A stretch of 63,539 nucleotides of DNA, the filler included, from Octopus bimaculoides (Eukaryota): the NCBI RefSeq assembly GCF_001194135.2. It is 7 parts of 6 records of this genome, joined end to end, with 100 filler letters (N's around TTAATTAATTAA, not from the genome) between each part and the next. Parts side by side here need not be neighbours in the genome. Positions count along the whole stretch, not along the records: positions 49,578 to 55,073 come from NC_068986.1; positions 55,174 to 57,339 come from NW_026295293.1; positions 57,440 to 62,354 come from NC_068998.1; positions 62,455 to 63,539 come from NW_026306281.1; 3 more parts are not named here. One strand, given 5' to 3'. The translations under genes and the position numbers were made by a program. Under the pieces are notes generated by a model, which was given only the letters and a program-made list of their open reading frames with translations, searched no databases and was not told the origin of the DNA. Below, piece after piece: positions 52,701 through 63,539 of the stretch (position 1 is its first letter; each line of letters starts with the position of its first letter).

Positions 52701-53165
52701 TCCATCCATAAACACACATATATATATATATATTTATATATATATGCACATATATAGATATGTATATACATAGTATATCTTGAATGTACGAATAGTTGTA
52801 CACCTATTACTGTTATGTTTAGAGCTCCACATAGGTTATTATATTCCAGTCTGCTTCCAGTATAGTGGTCAAGAAACTCCTATACCATGTAGTATTATTA
52901 GTTATGAAATACAGAGCAAATGTAGGAGAAATTAAGATAACAAATTTATGGCCAGTCCCGACTATTATTTTTGCATTGGGTGTTCAAAGTGCATTTTGAT
53001 ACTTAACCATAAATGATCATTACTGTAACTTGATGCAATGAACTGATCCCTCATAATCCGTTCTGACTCTCTGACTCATCCCAATGCAGTTGGATCACTC
53101 AGTGCGAGATTCCAACCAACCATAATGAAACTAATGATATAAACTTATCTTAATTGCTCATATAT

Positions 53166-53545
53166 GGCGGAGGAGTGGCTGTGTGGTAAGAAGCAGCTTC
53201 CCAATCATATGGTTCCGGGTTCAGCCCCACTGCGTGGCACCTTGGGCAAGTGTCTTCTACTATATCCTCGTTAGTGGGTTTGGTAGATGGAAATTGAAAA
53301 AAACCCGTCTTAGAAAAATGTATGTATACCTATGTGTGTGTGTGTCTTTGTGTCTGTAGATGTGCCCCAATCACTGATTGAGAACTGGCGTTGGTGAGTT
53401 TATGTCCGCGTAATCTAGCGGTTGGGCAAAAGAGACTGATAGAATAAGTGTCAGGCTTTAAAAAACGTAATGGGGTCGATTCATTCGACTAAAATTCTTC
53501 AAGGCGATGCTCCAGCATGGCTATAGTCTGGTGACTGAAACATAT
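53166..53545 (+). mobile_element. Full-length CORE-like SINE (family B, OR2-like)
   Basis: tRNA-like head GGAGGAGTGGCTGTGTGGTAAG...GGTTCAGCCCCAC, CORE-like ACCTTGGGCAAGTGTCTT, internal (TG)n, then the 3' half. Confidence 0.9.
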
Positions 53546-53564
53546 AAAGGGTAAAATATATATA

Positions 53565-53922
53565 TTTTTGGATTTGGTAGACGGAAACTAAAAGAAGCCC
53601 GTCGTATATATATATGTATATATATATATGTATATATATATATGTATATATATATATGTGTGNNNNNNNNNNGTATATATATATATGTATATATATATAT
53701 GTATATATATATATGTGTGTATATGTTTCTGTGTCTGTGTTTGTCCCCCAACATCGCTTGACAACCGTTGCTGATGTGTTTATGTCCCCGTCACTTAGCG
53801 GTTCGGCAAAATATACCGATAGAATAAGTACTAGGCTTACAAAGAATAAGTCCTGGGGGCGATTTGCTCGACTAAAGGCGGTGCTCCAGCATGGTCGCAG
53901 TCAAATGACTGAAACAAATAAA
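53565..53922 (+). mobile_element. Second, 5'-truncated family B SINE in tandem, with internal (TA)-rich repeat
   Basis: GGATTTGGTAGACGGAAACT...GAAGCCCGTCG, a TA-rich tract, then a well-preserved 3' half ending GACTGAAACAAATAAAG. Confidence 0.9.
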
Positions 53923-54387
53923 GNNNNNNNNNNNNNNNNNNNNNNNNNNNNNNNNNNNNNNNNNNNNNNNNNNNNNNNNNNNNNNNNNNNNNNNNNNNNN
54001 NNNNNNNNNNNNNNNNNNNNNNNNNNNNNNNNNNNNNNNNNNNNNNNNNNNNNNNNNNNNNNNNNNNNNNNNNNNNNNNNNNNNNNNNNNNNNNNNNNNN
54101 NNNNNNNNNNNNNNNNNNNNNNNNNNNNNNNNNNNNNNNNNNNNNNNNNNNNNNNNNNNNNNNNNNNNNNNNNNNNNNNNNNNNNNNNNNNNNNNNNNNN
54201 NNNNNNNNNNNNNNNNNNNNNNNNNNNNNNNNNNNNNNNNNNNNNNNNNNNNNNNNNNNNNNNNNNNNNNNNNNNNNNNNNNNNNNNNNNNNNNNNNNNN
54301 NNNNNNNNNNNNNNNNNNNNNNNNNNNNNNNNNNNNNNNNNNNNNNNNNNNNNNNNNNNNNNNNNNNNNNNNNNNNNNNNNNNNNNN

Positions 54388-54441
<54 letters not shown>

Positions 54442-55602
54442 GAAGCTATTTAAACGATGTTGGCCTATTATAGAACTTTATAGTTTATAGCTGTTGAACA
54501 TTAGTTGTGCAATCAAGAACTTCTAATACAGATTTATCTTTTCCAATATCAATATTCCTCAAGGGAAGCAGGTTTTCAAGCTAAACTTAGACAACGTGTG
54601 AAATATATTAAGAACCCCCAAGATTAACCTGTAAAATCTATTAGAATACAATATAAACATCCATTTATCTATACAACACCGACATAGATCAAAAACTGGT
54701 TACAATAATGAAATAGCTATAACTAAAAGGTAGAACATTGAATAAGAATATAAGGATTGCGAAGATAGAAAATATAAAACCCTGAAGCCTACAAACGTAA
54801 TTATGTTAGAATGTGACGAAGAAATTTGAAAATGGATTTTTACGTTGTACAATATTAGCACTTTGTAATATTTTGTTGAAAACGTGAAATAAAATTAATA
54901 CAAAATCAAAATCTTTAGAATGTCAAAGCATAAAGAAAACAAAAAAATTATTTTCATCGAGTCAAAGGCACAATTATATATTTATTTATTTATCTATCTA
55001 TTTATCTCTTTATCTAATCATACGCGCGTTATCTACTTACACACATATAGATGTATACATGCATATGTATGTGNNNNNNNNNNNNNNNNNNNNNNNNNNN
55101 NNNNNNNNNNNNNNNNNTTAATTAATTAANNNNNNNNNNNNNNNNNNNNNNNNNNNNNNNNNNNNNNNNNNNNACTTTTGAATTTTACCATTAAGCTGTA
55201 ATTAGCAGAACCATATGCACGCAGACCCATGGCGGTGGGCAACTCTGTATACAATTCTGATGATTACGGTACATTACAAATCAAGCTGATGAGGAATAGA
55301 CAAATGGTAAGAATTCGTTAAATCCGAAACTAGTTCCTGTTTAATAATGCTTTTTTAGGTGATTTTCAATGTCTTACCCGCTCACGTTTTTGGTATGCTG
55401 CTATATTTCATGTTGAGAACAATTTCGGTCTTAATAGACACAAGATGTGATCTATTTCTAGTGCATTAACTGTCCACGTTAGTGGTCGACGTTATTTTTT
55501 AAAATATATCAGTATATAGGTATCTGTGTGTTTATGTGTATGCGTGTTGGCATATGTATATATATAAATAAATATACTCATAAATATTAAAAAAATATAT
55601 GT

Positions 55603-55840
55603 GGAGACGCAATGACCCAGTGGTTAGGGCAGCGGACTCGCTGTCGTGTGATCACGGTTTCAACTCCCAGACCGTGCATTGTGAGTGTTTATTGAGCGAA
55701 AATACTTAAAGCTCCAAAAGGCTCTGGCAGGGAGTATTGTCGAACCCTGCTGTACTCTATTTATAGAGCGACTGCGTGGTAAGAAGCGTGCTTCCCAACT
55801 ACATGGTTCCAGGTTCAATCCCACTGCGTGTCTTCTCTTC
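55603..55840 (+). mobile_element. Family C SINE 5' part (55603-55758) followed by a family B head (55766-55830)
   Basis: Matches to 5199-5345 and 53170-53240 respectively. Confidence 0.8.
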
Positions 55841-57295
55841 TATATATATATATATATATATATATATNNNNNNNNNNNNNNNNNNNNNNNNNNNNNNNNN
55901 NNNNNNNNNNNNNNNNNNNNNNNNNNNNNNNNNNNNNNNNNNNNNNNNNNNNNNNNNNNNNNNNNNNNNNNNNNNNNNNNNNNNNNNNNNNNNNNNNNNN
56001 NNNNNNNNNNNNNNNNNNNNNNNNNNNNNNNNNNNNNNNNNNNNNNNNNNNNNNNNNNNNNNNNNNNNNNNNNNNNNNNNNNNNNNNNNNNNNNNNNNNN
56101 NNNNNNNNNNNNNNNNNNNNNNNNNNNNNNNNNNNNNNNNNNNNNNNNNNNNNNNNNNNNNNNNNNNNNNNNNNNNNNNNNNNNNNNNNNNNNNNNNNNN
56201 NNNNNNNNNNNNNNNNNNNNNNNNNNNNNNNNNNNNNNNNNNNNNNNNNNNNNNNNNNNNNNNNNNNNNNNNNNNNNNNNNNNNNNNNNNNNNNNNNNNN
56301 NNNNNNNNNNNNNNNNNNNNNNNNNNNNNNNNNNNNNNNNNNNNNNNNNNNNNNNNNNNNNNNNNNNNNNNNNNNNNNNNNNNNNNNNNNNNNNNNNNNN
56401 NNNNNNNNNNNNNNNNNNNNNNNNNNNNNNNNNNNNNNNNNNNNNNNNNNNNNNNNNNNNNNNNNNNNNNNNNNNNNNNNNNNNNNNNNNNNNNNNNNNN
56501 NNNNNNNNNNNNNNNNNNNNNNNNNNNNNNNNNNNNNNNNNNNNNNNNNNNNNNNNNNNNNNNNNNNNNNNNNNNNNNNNNNNNNNNNNNNNNNNNNNNN
56601 NNNNNNNNNNNNNNNNNNNNNNNNNNNNNNNNNNNNNNNNNNNNNNNNNNNNNNNNNNNNNNNNNNNNNNNNTATATATATATATATATACATAATATAT
56701 GCATATATGTGTGTGCGTGTGTTTGTGTGCTTGTGCTGTATTTATCTATGTATGTATAAAGTTGAAGAAAAATCGCAATTGAAGAAATGTAGGAGATTAC
56801 CTCAGCACTCCATACAATAGATCTGGCTAACAGAATGTCCAGTGTAAAGTATAGCGATGTATATAGGTTAAATATATAGGGCAACCCGTACAAATTGTAA
56901 ATCCGAAATTATTCACCAATCGCTGGGGTAATAACATCAGAACATAACAACAATCAAAGAATGAAGAATTATATTCCTATTACACACGTTTCGAATTGTT
57001 TGCGAAACTGCTCCCACACCATAACAATGACTTGTATGCATAATCAATCAATTAATCAATTAATGAATTAATTAGTGAAATAGTTAGCTCCGACTCATTT
57101 TCATCAGAGGATAAGAATTATAGTAGATTTCTAGAATCTGCTACAAACAAAATTGCTGGAAGTGCGAATCTAGATAAATGACAAATCAGATTATCTTTCA
57201 TAATACATTATGTAGTTGTCATAATCACAGTCCTGGGTGTCATCGTGTATTGGAGTACTCCTCCGTTGTATTTACGTTTAATATATACACACGCA

Positions 57296-57339
57296 AAGGC
57301 GGCGAGCTGGCAGAAACGTTAGCACGCCGGGCGAAATGC
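57296..57339 (+). mobile_element. SINE family A head, cut by a gap
   Basis: AAGGCGGCGAGCTGGCAGAAACGTTAGCACGCCGGGCGAAATGC. Confidence 0.85.
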
Positions 57340-57772
57340 NNNNNNNNNNNNNNNNNNNNNNNNNNNNNNNNNNNNNNNNNNNNTTAATTAATTAANNNNN
57401 NNNNNNNNNNNNNNNNNNNNNNNNNNNNNNNNNNNNNNNTCACCGCCACCGCTGCTGTCCGACCGCCTTCTTTTGCACTGGCGTTTCTCTCACCACTGGC
57501 AGTTCGGAGCGGGGCAGGGCGGAGCGGAGCGGAGGAAGAAGCTGTTCAACCTGCTAGAAATAACTGCTAAATCTTTGTCAAATTACACACACACACACAC
57601 ACCTGCTCTCTTGATAAAGAAGGACACATTTATTGGATGATGTGAGGGTTCCAGATGCACTTATGCACTTGCTGTAGCTGGGAATAACGAGGGATGGTCA
57701 CGGTTTCGGACATGATTCTTCTTGATCGATCAAGAATCACCTAGGGCTAAAACCACCACCACCACCACCACC

Positions 57773-57811
<39 letters not shown>

Positions 57812-58179
57812 GCTACTGCTGCTGCTAGTTTTACCTCTTTAAACACTACCTTCGCTACCAAAAAATAGCGTCAGTGACGGCGGTGGTGGAGGTAGTGGTG
57901 ATGGTGTAGGTGTTGGTAGTGGTGGTAGTGGTGGTGATGTAGTGGTGGTGATGGTGTAGGTTGTTGTGGTGGTGGTGGTATCAGTGCTAGTGTTGGTGGT
58001 TTGTTTCTATTTCCACACCACAAGCAAACAACCATTCTCCCGCCACCACCACCACCACAACCACCACCGCTAGCACAACCACCACCATCACCGTCATCTC
58101 CGCTACTACTGCTGCTGCTTCTGCTGCTACTGCTGCTGCTGATGATGATGATTTCTTTTATTAGCCACGGGGGCATACA

Positions 58180-58310
58180 ATTCTTTCCACTAATAGGGGG
58201 CAAGGCCTCGAATTTTGGGGGCAGAGGGTTAAAGTTGATTCCATCAAACCCTAGTGCTCGACTGCTACTTATTTTATCGACCCCCGAAAGGATGAAAGGC
58301 GAAAGCTTAC
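58180..58310 (-). mobile_element. SINE family A 3' half
   Basis: CAAGGCCTCGAATTTTGGGG...CTACTTATTTTATCGACCCCCGAAAGGATGAAAGGCGAAAG. Confidence 0.85.
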
Positions 58311-59170
58311 CACAGGGGCATAGATGAGGTGGTGGTGGTGGTGGTGGTGAGGAGGAGGGGAGCTTCACAAGGACAGACCAGAATCTGTATTGGGATTTAC
58401 ATATCAAGTGTGGGGCGAAGGAAATGAAAAAGCTAGTGAACTACGATAAAAGTATACATAACATACAAAGAATTATAATTGTTGTTGTTGTTGCTTGCCT
58501 CGAACTTAACTCACAACAGCAGAGCAGTGAAAAGACATCCATAAACGGATATCTCCTCCCATTTCCGGTTTCACACTTAACTTCCAACAAAGACAGACGA
58601 CATATATTGACTTGTACGGAATGTGTGTTTAAATCGTGATATCTTCTTTTCACTGGTGTATTTATATGAAGGACTAGTAATAATATACGAGTAGACAGGA
58701 GGACTAAGGGAAAAAGAATGAAGGAAGAAAAAAGTAAATGAATGAATGAATGAATGAGAGAGAGAAAGATAAAGAAAAAGCAAGTTGAAAGAAAGAATAA
58801 ATGAAAGAGATAGAATAAAATATGGATGGCGGTTAACCATGTGACGGAGAAATGTCTCAGAAGTGCATGACCAGAGAAACGGTTCTAGGGGGATCGATGT
58901 ATAACGGGGAGAAGGACTTGTCATGGTGATAAGTATAAGGCCAGTAGTGTGTGTGTGTAAATGTGCTTGTGTAGTTTTAAGTATAATTAAATAAAATTCA
59001 GATAAAAGCCATGTAGAATGGACTATGCGAAGCTCGTCCACATTGATTGGCTGCCTGATACCACCACCATCATTATCATCACTACGACCATCTTTGTCGT
59101 CATCATTATCCTCTTCCTCCTTTTTTACATCGTCACCTTCATCATCATCATCATCGTCATCATCATCATC

Positions 59171-59224
<54 letters not shown>

Positions 59225-59616
59225 GCCATCATAGGTATGCTATGACTATTGTACCGTATTTAAACAATTGGTTCAATCGTCTTTTGTGTCTCTAGTCTCG
59301 CGGAAAACTGGATAATTCTTCGCAGAATTCTTCGAAGCATTTTTGGAACCATTGTCAGAGCGGTCAACCATTCTGTGTCGTCGACTTTAGTGGAACCAAA
59401 ATGACAATTTTGCAAATAAGCAATGAAATAAAATGGAAGATAATGGATTCTGTGTGGATAAAATGAAGAATATTGTCTTCCGTTACAAAAGTGACTTGGA
59501 ATTTACCTGAGGTCAATGAGCGTGACCCTAACCGGTCAAACGGCCGGCTAGAAATAGCAACCAAATCTCCTTCCAATCACAGTGCGAAGATATGGAAACA
59601 ACACTCACACACACAA

Positions 59617-59708
<92 letters not shown>

Positions 59709-59731
59709 TCAATAAATAGACAAAGAGATAA

Positions 59732-59764
<33 letters not shown>

Positions 59765-60034
59765 TAGATAGATAGATAGATGAAGTAGAATTAGATTTTC
59801 AATGTGATATTTTCGTGAAAGGTTAACAAGTCGAAGACAAAAAATAAAAAAAAGAAAGAAATAGAAGCGAATGAAAGCAGAACGAATATTCTCGTTTCGT
59901 GCTGCCATATCTGGCCGCATATGTTGAGTAGCATCGTTTTGTTAATCTCTGGAAGAAAAAGTAAAAGAAACTGAATCTTCAGCTCAGGCTTCGGGTTAGA
60001 GTGGGGGAATGAGAGAGAGGGAGGGGGGAGAGAC

Positions 60035-60069
<35 letters not shown>

Positions 60070-60550
60070 ATGTGAAGTGTATATATATATAATCAGAGAT
60101 TATTCTATAAACGCATGCATCAATTAAGAAGATACGGATTTACGCATGAAAAGATTAATGGATAGGCGAATTTGTAATGGCTGCCGCACGCAGTCAACCT
60201 TGACATTAATCCCAGCCTTAAAAACCTCTCTGGTTTGTGTTACTCTTGTCTTCGAATAACTTTAGGTGAAGGTCAAACTGAAACTAAACTGCCATTTCCG
60301 CGTAGAACAAACTCCAGCTACTTTAAACTACATTAAGTGTAGTGGTGGTGGAGACGGTGGTGGTAAGCCCCCCCCCCCCCGGCGAATGAGTTCTCTATAT
60401 GGATTTTCGTTAAGCTAGAAATAGCAGGTCACATTTCATTCGAATCAAAGCAAACAATTACCGTTTTTAAAAAAGATGACCAAGAAAAACGAAGGATATA
60501 TCAAACAGGGTGCTCGTAGGTGTACGAAAAGACAGGGCTGGTCGAAATAA

Positions 60551-60582
<32 letters not shown>

Positions 60583-61109
60583 GATGTAACAGCTGATGGT
60601 ACATCCTGATTTCGTCTCTCAGAGAAGTTTGATGTAATTTGCCTCCATTCCTCGCATCTCCAGAGACTTCCGCACTACATTTACCACGACGCCACCGAAA
60701 GACCTTTTTAGAACCAATGAAGGCGACCCCAAAAAAGCAGCTGATACTTCTTCTCTTGTTCTTTATAAACTTACTCTCTATAAACTGTCTTACGATAATT
60801 AGCATCGATGTTTTAAGTTCAAAGTTCCTACCCCTCCAAGGGTAGATGAAAATGAAAGAAAAAAAAAATACAAACTAATCACCAGACATCTATTGGGGCC
60901 ACTACAATCAAGTATACGTTTCCCCTCGCCATGACCACTACCACAGGCAATTATATGGCCTCGTGCCACGAATATAAGAAATCATTAATCTAGTTGAATA
61001 AATCATTGGTTGGTCGCGTGATTAATTAATAAAGATGTTGATTGCTTTAGACTTGGCATAACGTCAATACAAGTTGTTGTTTTAGTAGCGGATCATCTCC
61101 GTACTTATA

Positions 61110-61162
<53 letters not shown>

Positions 61163-61369
61163 ACAACAATAATCCCTGGGCATTACTGTCTTACGTGCTA
61201 CGAAAAGGAAAGTGATATGAATGCCATGAAAACAACATCCTTTTTGAATGGGACGCTACTCAGTCTCAGAGTTACTCATTTACAGCTGAGTGAAATGGAG
61301 CAGTGTGAAATGAAGTGTCTTGCTCAAGGACAAACCGTACCACCTCACCTAGTCCGGCAGTTTACGGGC

Positions 61370-61655
61370 TTATGCAGTACCACGAAATGTAATAAATGCG
61401 ATGGATCTTACATCGAGAATACGTTTCACGAACTGCACATGCGCATTAAAGAACGCATAAACACAATACAAATACTTACGGCGAAAAAAAGGTCCTACTT
61501 GAAATGATGACATGACGAATATATTTCAGTCACTTATTAAAGCCACAGAATGGAAAATTAGAAATTTGAAAATTCAGGAGACATTCCTCATTGATAAATT
61601 AATTCCATTTATCAACAACAGACGTAAATTGCGTGGCGCTGATTGCTTAATATAA
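61370..61655 (+). mobile_element. Penelope-like GIY-YIG endonuclease C-terminal remnant
   Basis: KCNKCDGSYIENTFHELHMRIKER, then after a frameshift NLKIQETFLIDKLIPFINN. These match C..C...YIG.T.R.L..RIKEH and LKIKE.L.I.KL.P.LN. An upstream piece may lie at 60640-60790 (KDLF...SSLVLYKLT). Confidence 0.75.
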
Positions 61656-61659
61656 CATT

Positions 61660-62052
61660 GCAAATCTGCGCAGGTCGCTAACCCAGCAGAACAGTGCTAG
61701 TCTCATTCTTTCTCTTTTTTTTTTAAATTTATTTATAAAGGTATCTTAATGCCGAAATATTGAAATATTAGTTTAAACCGTTGCACTTTTTGTCTTTGTT
61801 TTGCTGTATGTTATCACTACATTTTTTAGGCTTCCTAAAATAGTTCCGCAGGTCGCAAAACCAATATTTATCCCTTACATATCTGCGCAGGAGATCGGCG
61901 ATAAGCTCTTTTCATTTAGCTATTTTTTGTCAAAGGCATTTAAACGCCGAAATATTGTAACATAAGTTAAAATGTGTAGACCGTTGCAATTTCTGTTTTG
62001 TTATTGTTTTGCTGTTTGTTTTTACTCCATTATAATGACTTCCTAAAATAGA
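61660..62052 (+). repeat. Two about 200-bp direct repeats (putative pLTR units) with hammerhead-like relics
   Basis: Shared blocks ATCTGCGCAGG (about 61664, 61881), GCCGAAATATTG (61751, 61946), ACCGTTGCA (about 61777, 61980) and CTTCCTAAAATAG (61831, about 62038). Confidence 0.75.
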
Positions 62053-62569
62053 TATTATTTCTTATTTTTTTCTTTTCTTTTCTTTTTTTTTTGCGTACAT
62101 TTTAGTTTATTATTTGATCCACTTACTGATCTCTTAAAAAGCACAGAAAACAATTATTGCAAATTATCTTAACCTAATTACTAAAAAGACATAATTAGAT
62201 GAAAGTTGTTCGTTCAATCATTCAATGACATAGCTTTAAAAAGAAAGAAACAAACACAAAAACAAAAGAAAAAGAGAAACAGAGAAACAAATTGTGGCTG
62301 GCTGATCGCTATAGTTATCTTTGGCTTTCGTTCTAGTTACTTCATGTTTGGAGTNNNNNNNNNNNNNNNNNNNNNNNNNNNNNNNNNNNNNNNNNNNNTT
62401 AATTAATTAANNNNNNNNNNNNNNNNNNNNNNNNNNNNNNNNNNNNNNNNNNNNAATTGTGAAAAGTTGTGGTTTTATGAAAATATAATGCCCTGTTGGT
62501 TACTTCAAAACATTTCTTCAACAGATTATGTTTGATATGTAAATTATGTTCACCACATTAATTTTAACA

Positions 62570-62575
62570 TTTATT
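62570..62575 (-). promoter_or_regulatory. Candidate polyadenylation signal AATAAA for the PTGR1-like gene
   Basis: TTTATT on the plus strand, about 250 nt downstream of the stop codon. Confidence 0.4.
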
Positions 62576-62825
62576 AATAATTCTGTTTTACAATAATACT
62601 GATATACTGAGTAAGAAAAATACTTCCTTTAATTTTCTTTGATTTTAAAATTTGCGTTTAATATTGTTGAATGAAATTTCATGTTCAAATTCTGCTCAGA
62701 TTCACTACACATCTACCTGAATACATAAAATTAATTACTGATTGATTAGAGTCATTACAACTGATGATAATCATTCCACTACAAAAAGAAAATGAATAAA
62801 ATCAAATCATTCTCAAGCCTAACGT

Positions 62826-62990
<165 letters not shown>

Positions 62991-63539
62991 TTACGCAGAA
63001 CAGCATGGGGTCATCAATTCATAGAATGTGTAATGTTTAAGCATTTATATTACTTAATGTCTTCAAGAAAAGCATCATTTCCAAACAATCTTTGAGGTGG
63101 ACTACAGAAAAACCACACAGGTTAATCATATCTTTTACTTGTTTGTCATTGGACTACGGCCATGCTGGAGACAATGCCTGGAAGGGTTTTAGATGAACAA
63201 ATTGATGCCAGTACAATACCAACTCAGGCTTAACTCTTTAGCATTTAAATTATAGTGTCAGCTGTGATGTGTCTGTATTCACATCATTTTAAATTTTTCC
63301 AGTATTATTTGTAGCCTTTAGATAAAAATTATCTAAAATTGAACACCACACTGATGATGTGATTGTTTATGTTCAAAATGATATTGTATGGTAGGAGTGA
63401 GATGTCAGATCTGGCCAGTTTGAATATTAAACATGCAGAATAGTTTGGCTGGATGTGGCTGGTTTAAATGCTAAGGGGTTAAGTAAACTTGGCTACTGAG
63501 AATTAAGTGTCTTTCTTAGCCACAGATACAACATAAGAA

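Noticed and set aside
59280-59530. About 80-codon open frames with hydrophobic stretches
   Set aside because: Several frames look equally plausible and none gives a recognisable family or splice pattern.

Overview
AT-rich, microsatellite-dense animal genomic DNA with many N gaps. The tRNA-derived SINE families match those I recall from octopus (coleoid cephalopod) genomes; that assignment is from recognition, not a search. The only confident protein-coding sequence is the last exon of a prostaglandin reductase 1 (PTGR1)-like gene on the minus strand (62826-62936). The rest is intergenic or intronic. It holds many SINE copies, a defective full-length D34D mariner, L1/Tx1, RTE, HERO-like and Penelope-like retroelement remnants (two with hammerhead-like motifs), a MITE, a Helentron-type terminus, mini- and microsatellites, and a few decayed coding-like frames. 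Almost all long ORFs in the supplied track are artefacts of N runs or simple repeats. Six 44N-TTAATTAATTAA-44N blocks are assembly linkers. No CRISPR array, rRNA or intact tRNA gene is supported. Best leads: a Tx1-like LINE that may target (GATA)n, tandem Penelope pLTR units with minimal hammerhead relics, a spliced-looking 150-codon frame with three internal stops, and an unexplained cloverleaf-like fold near 13.4 kb.
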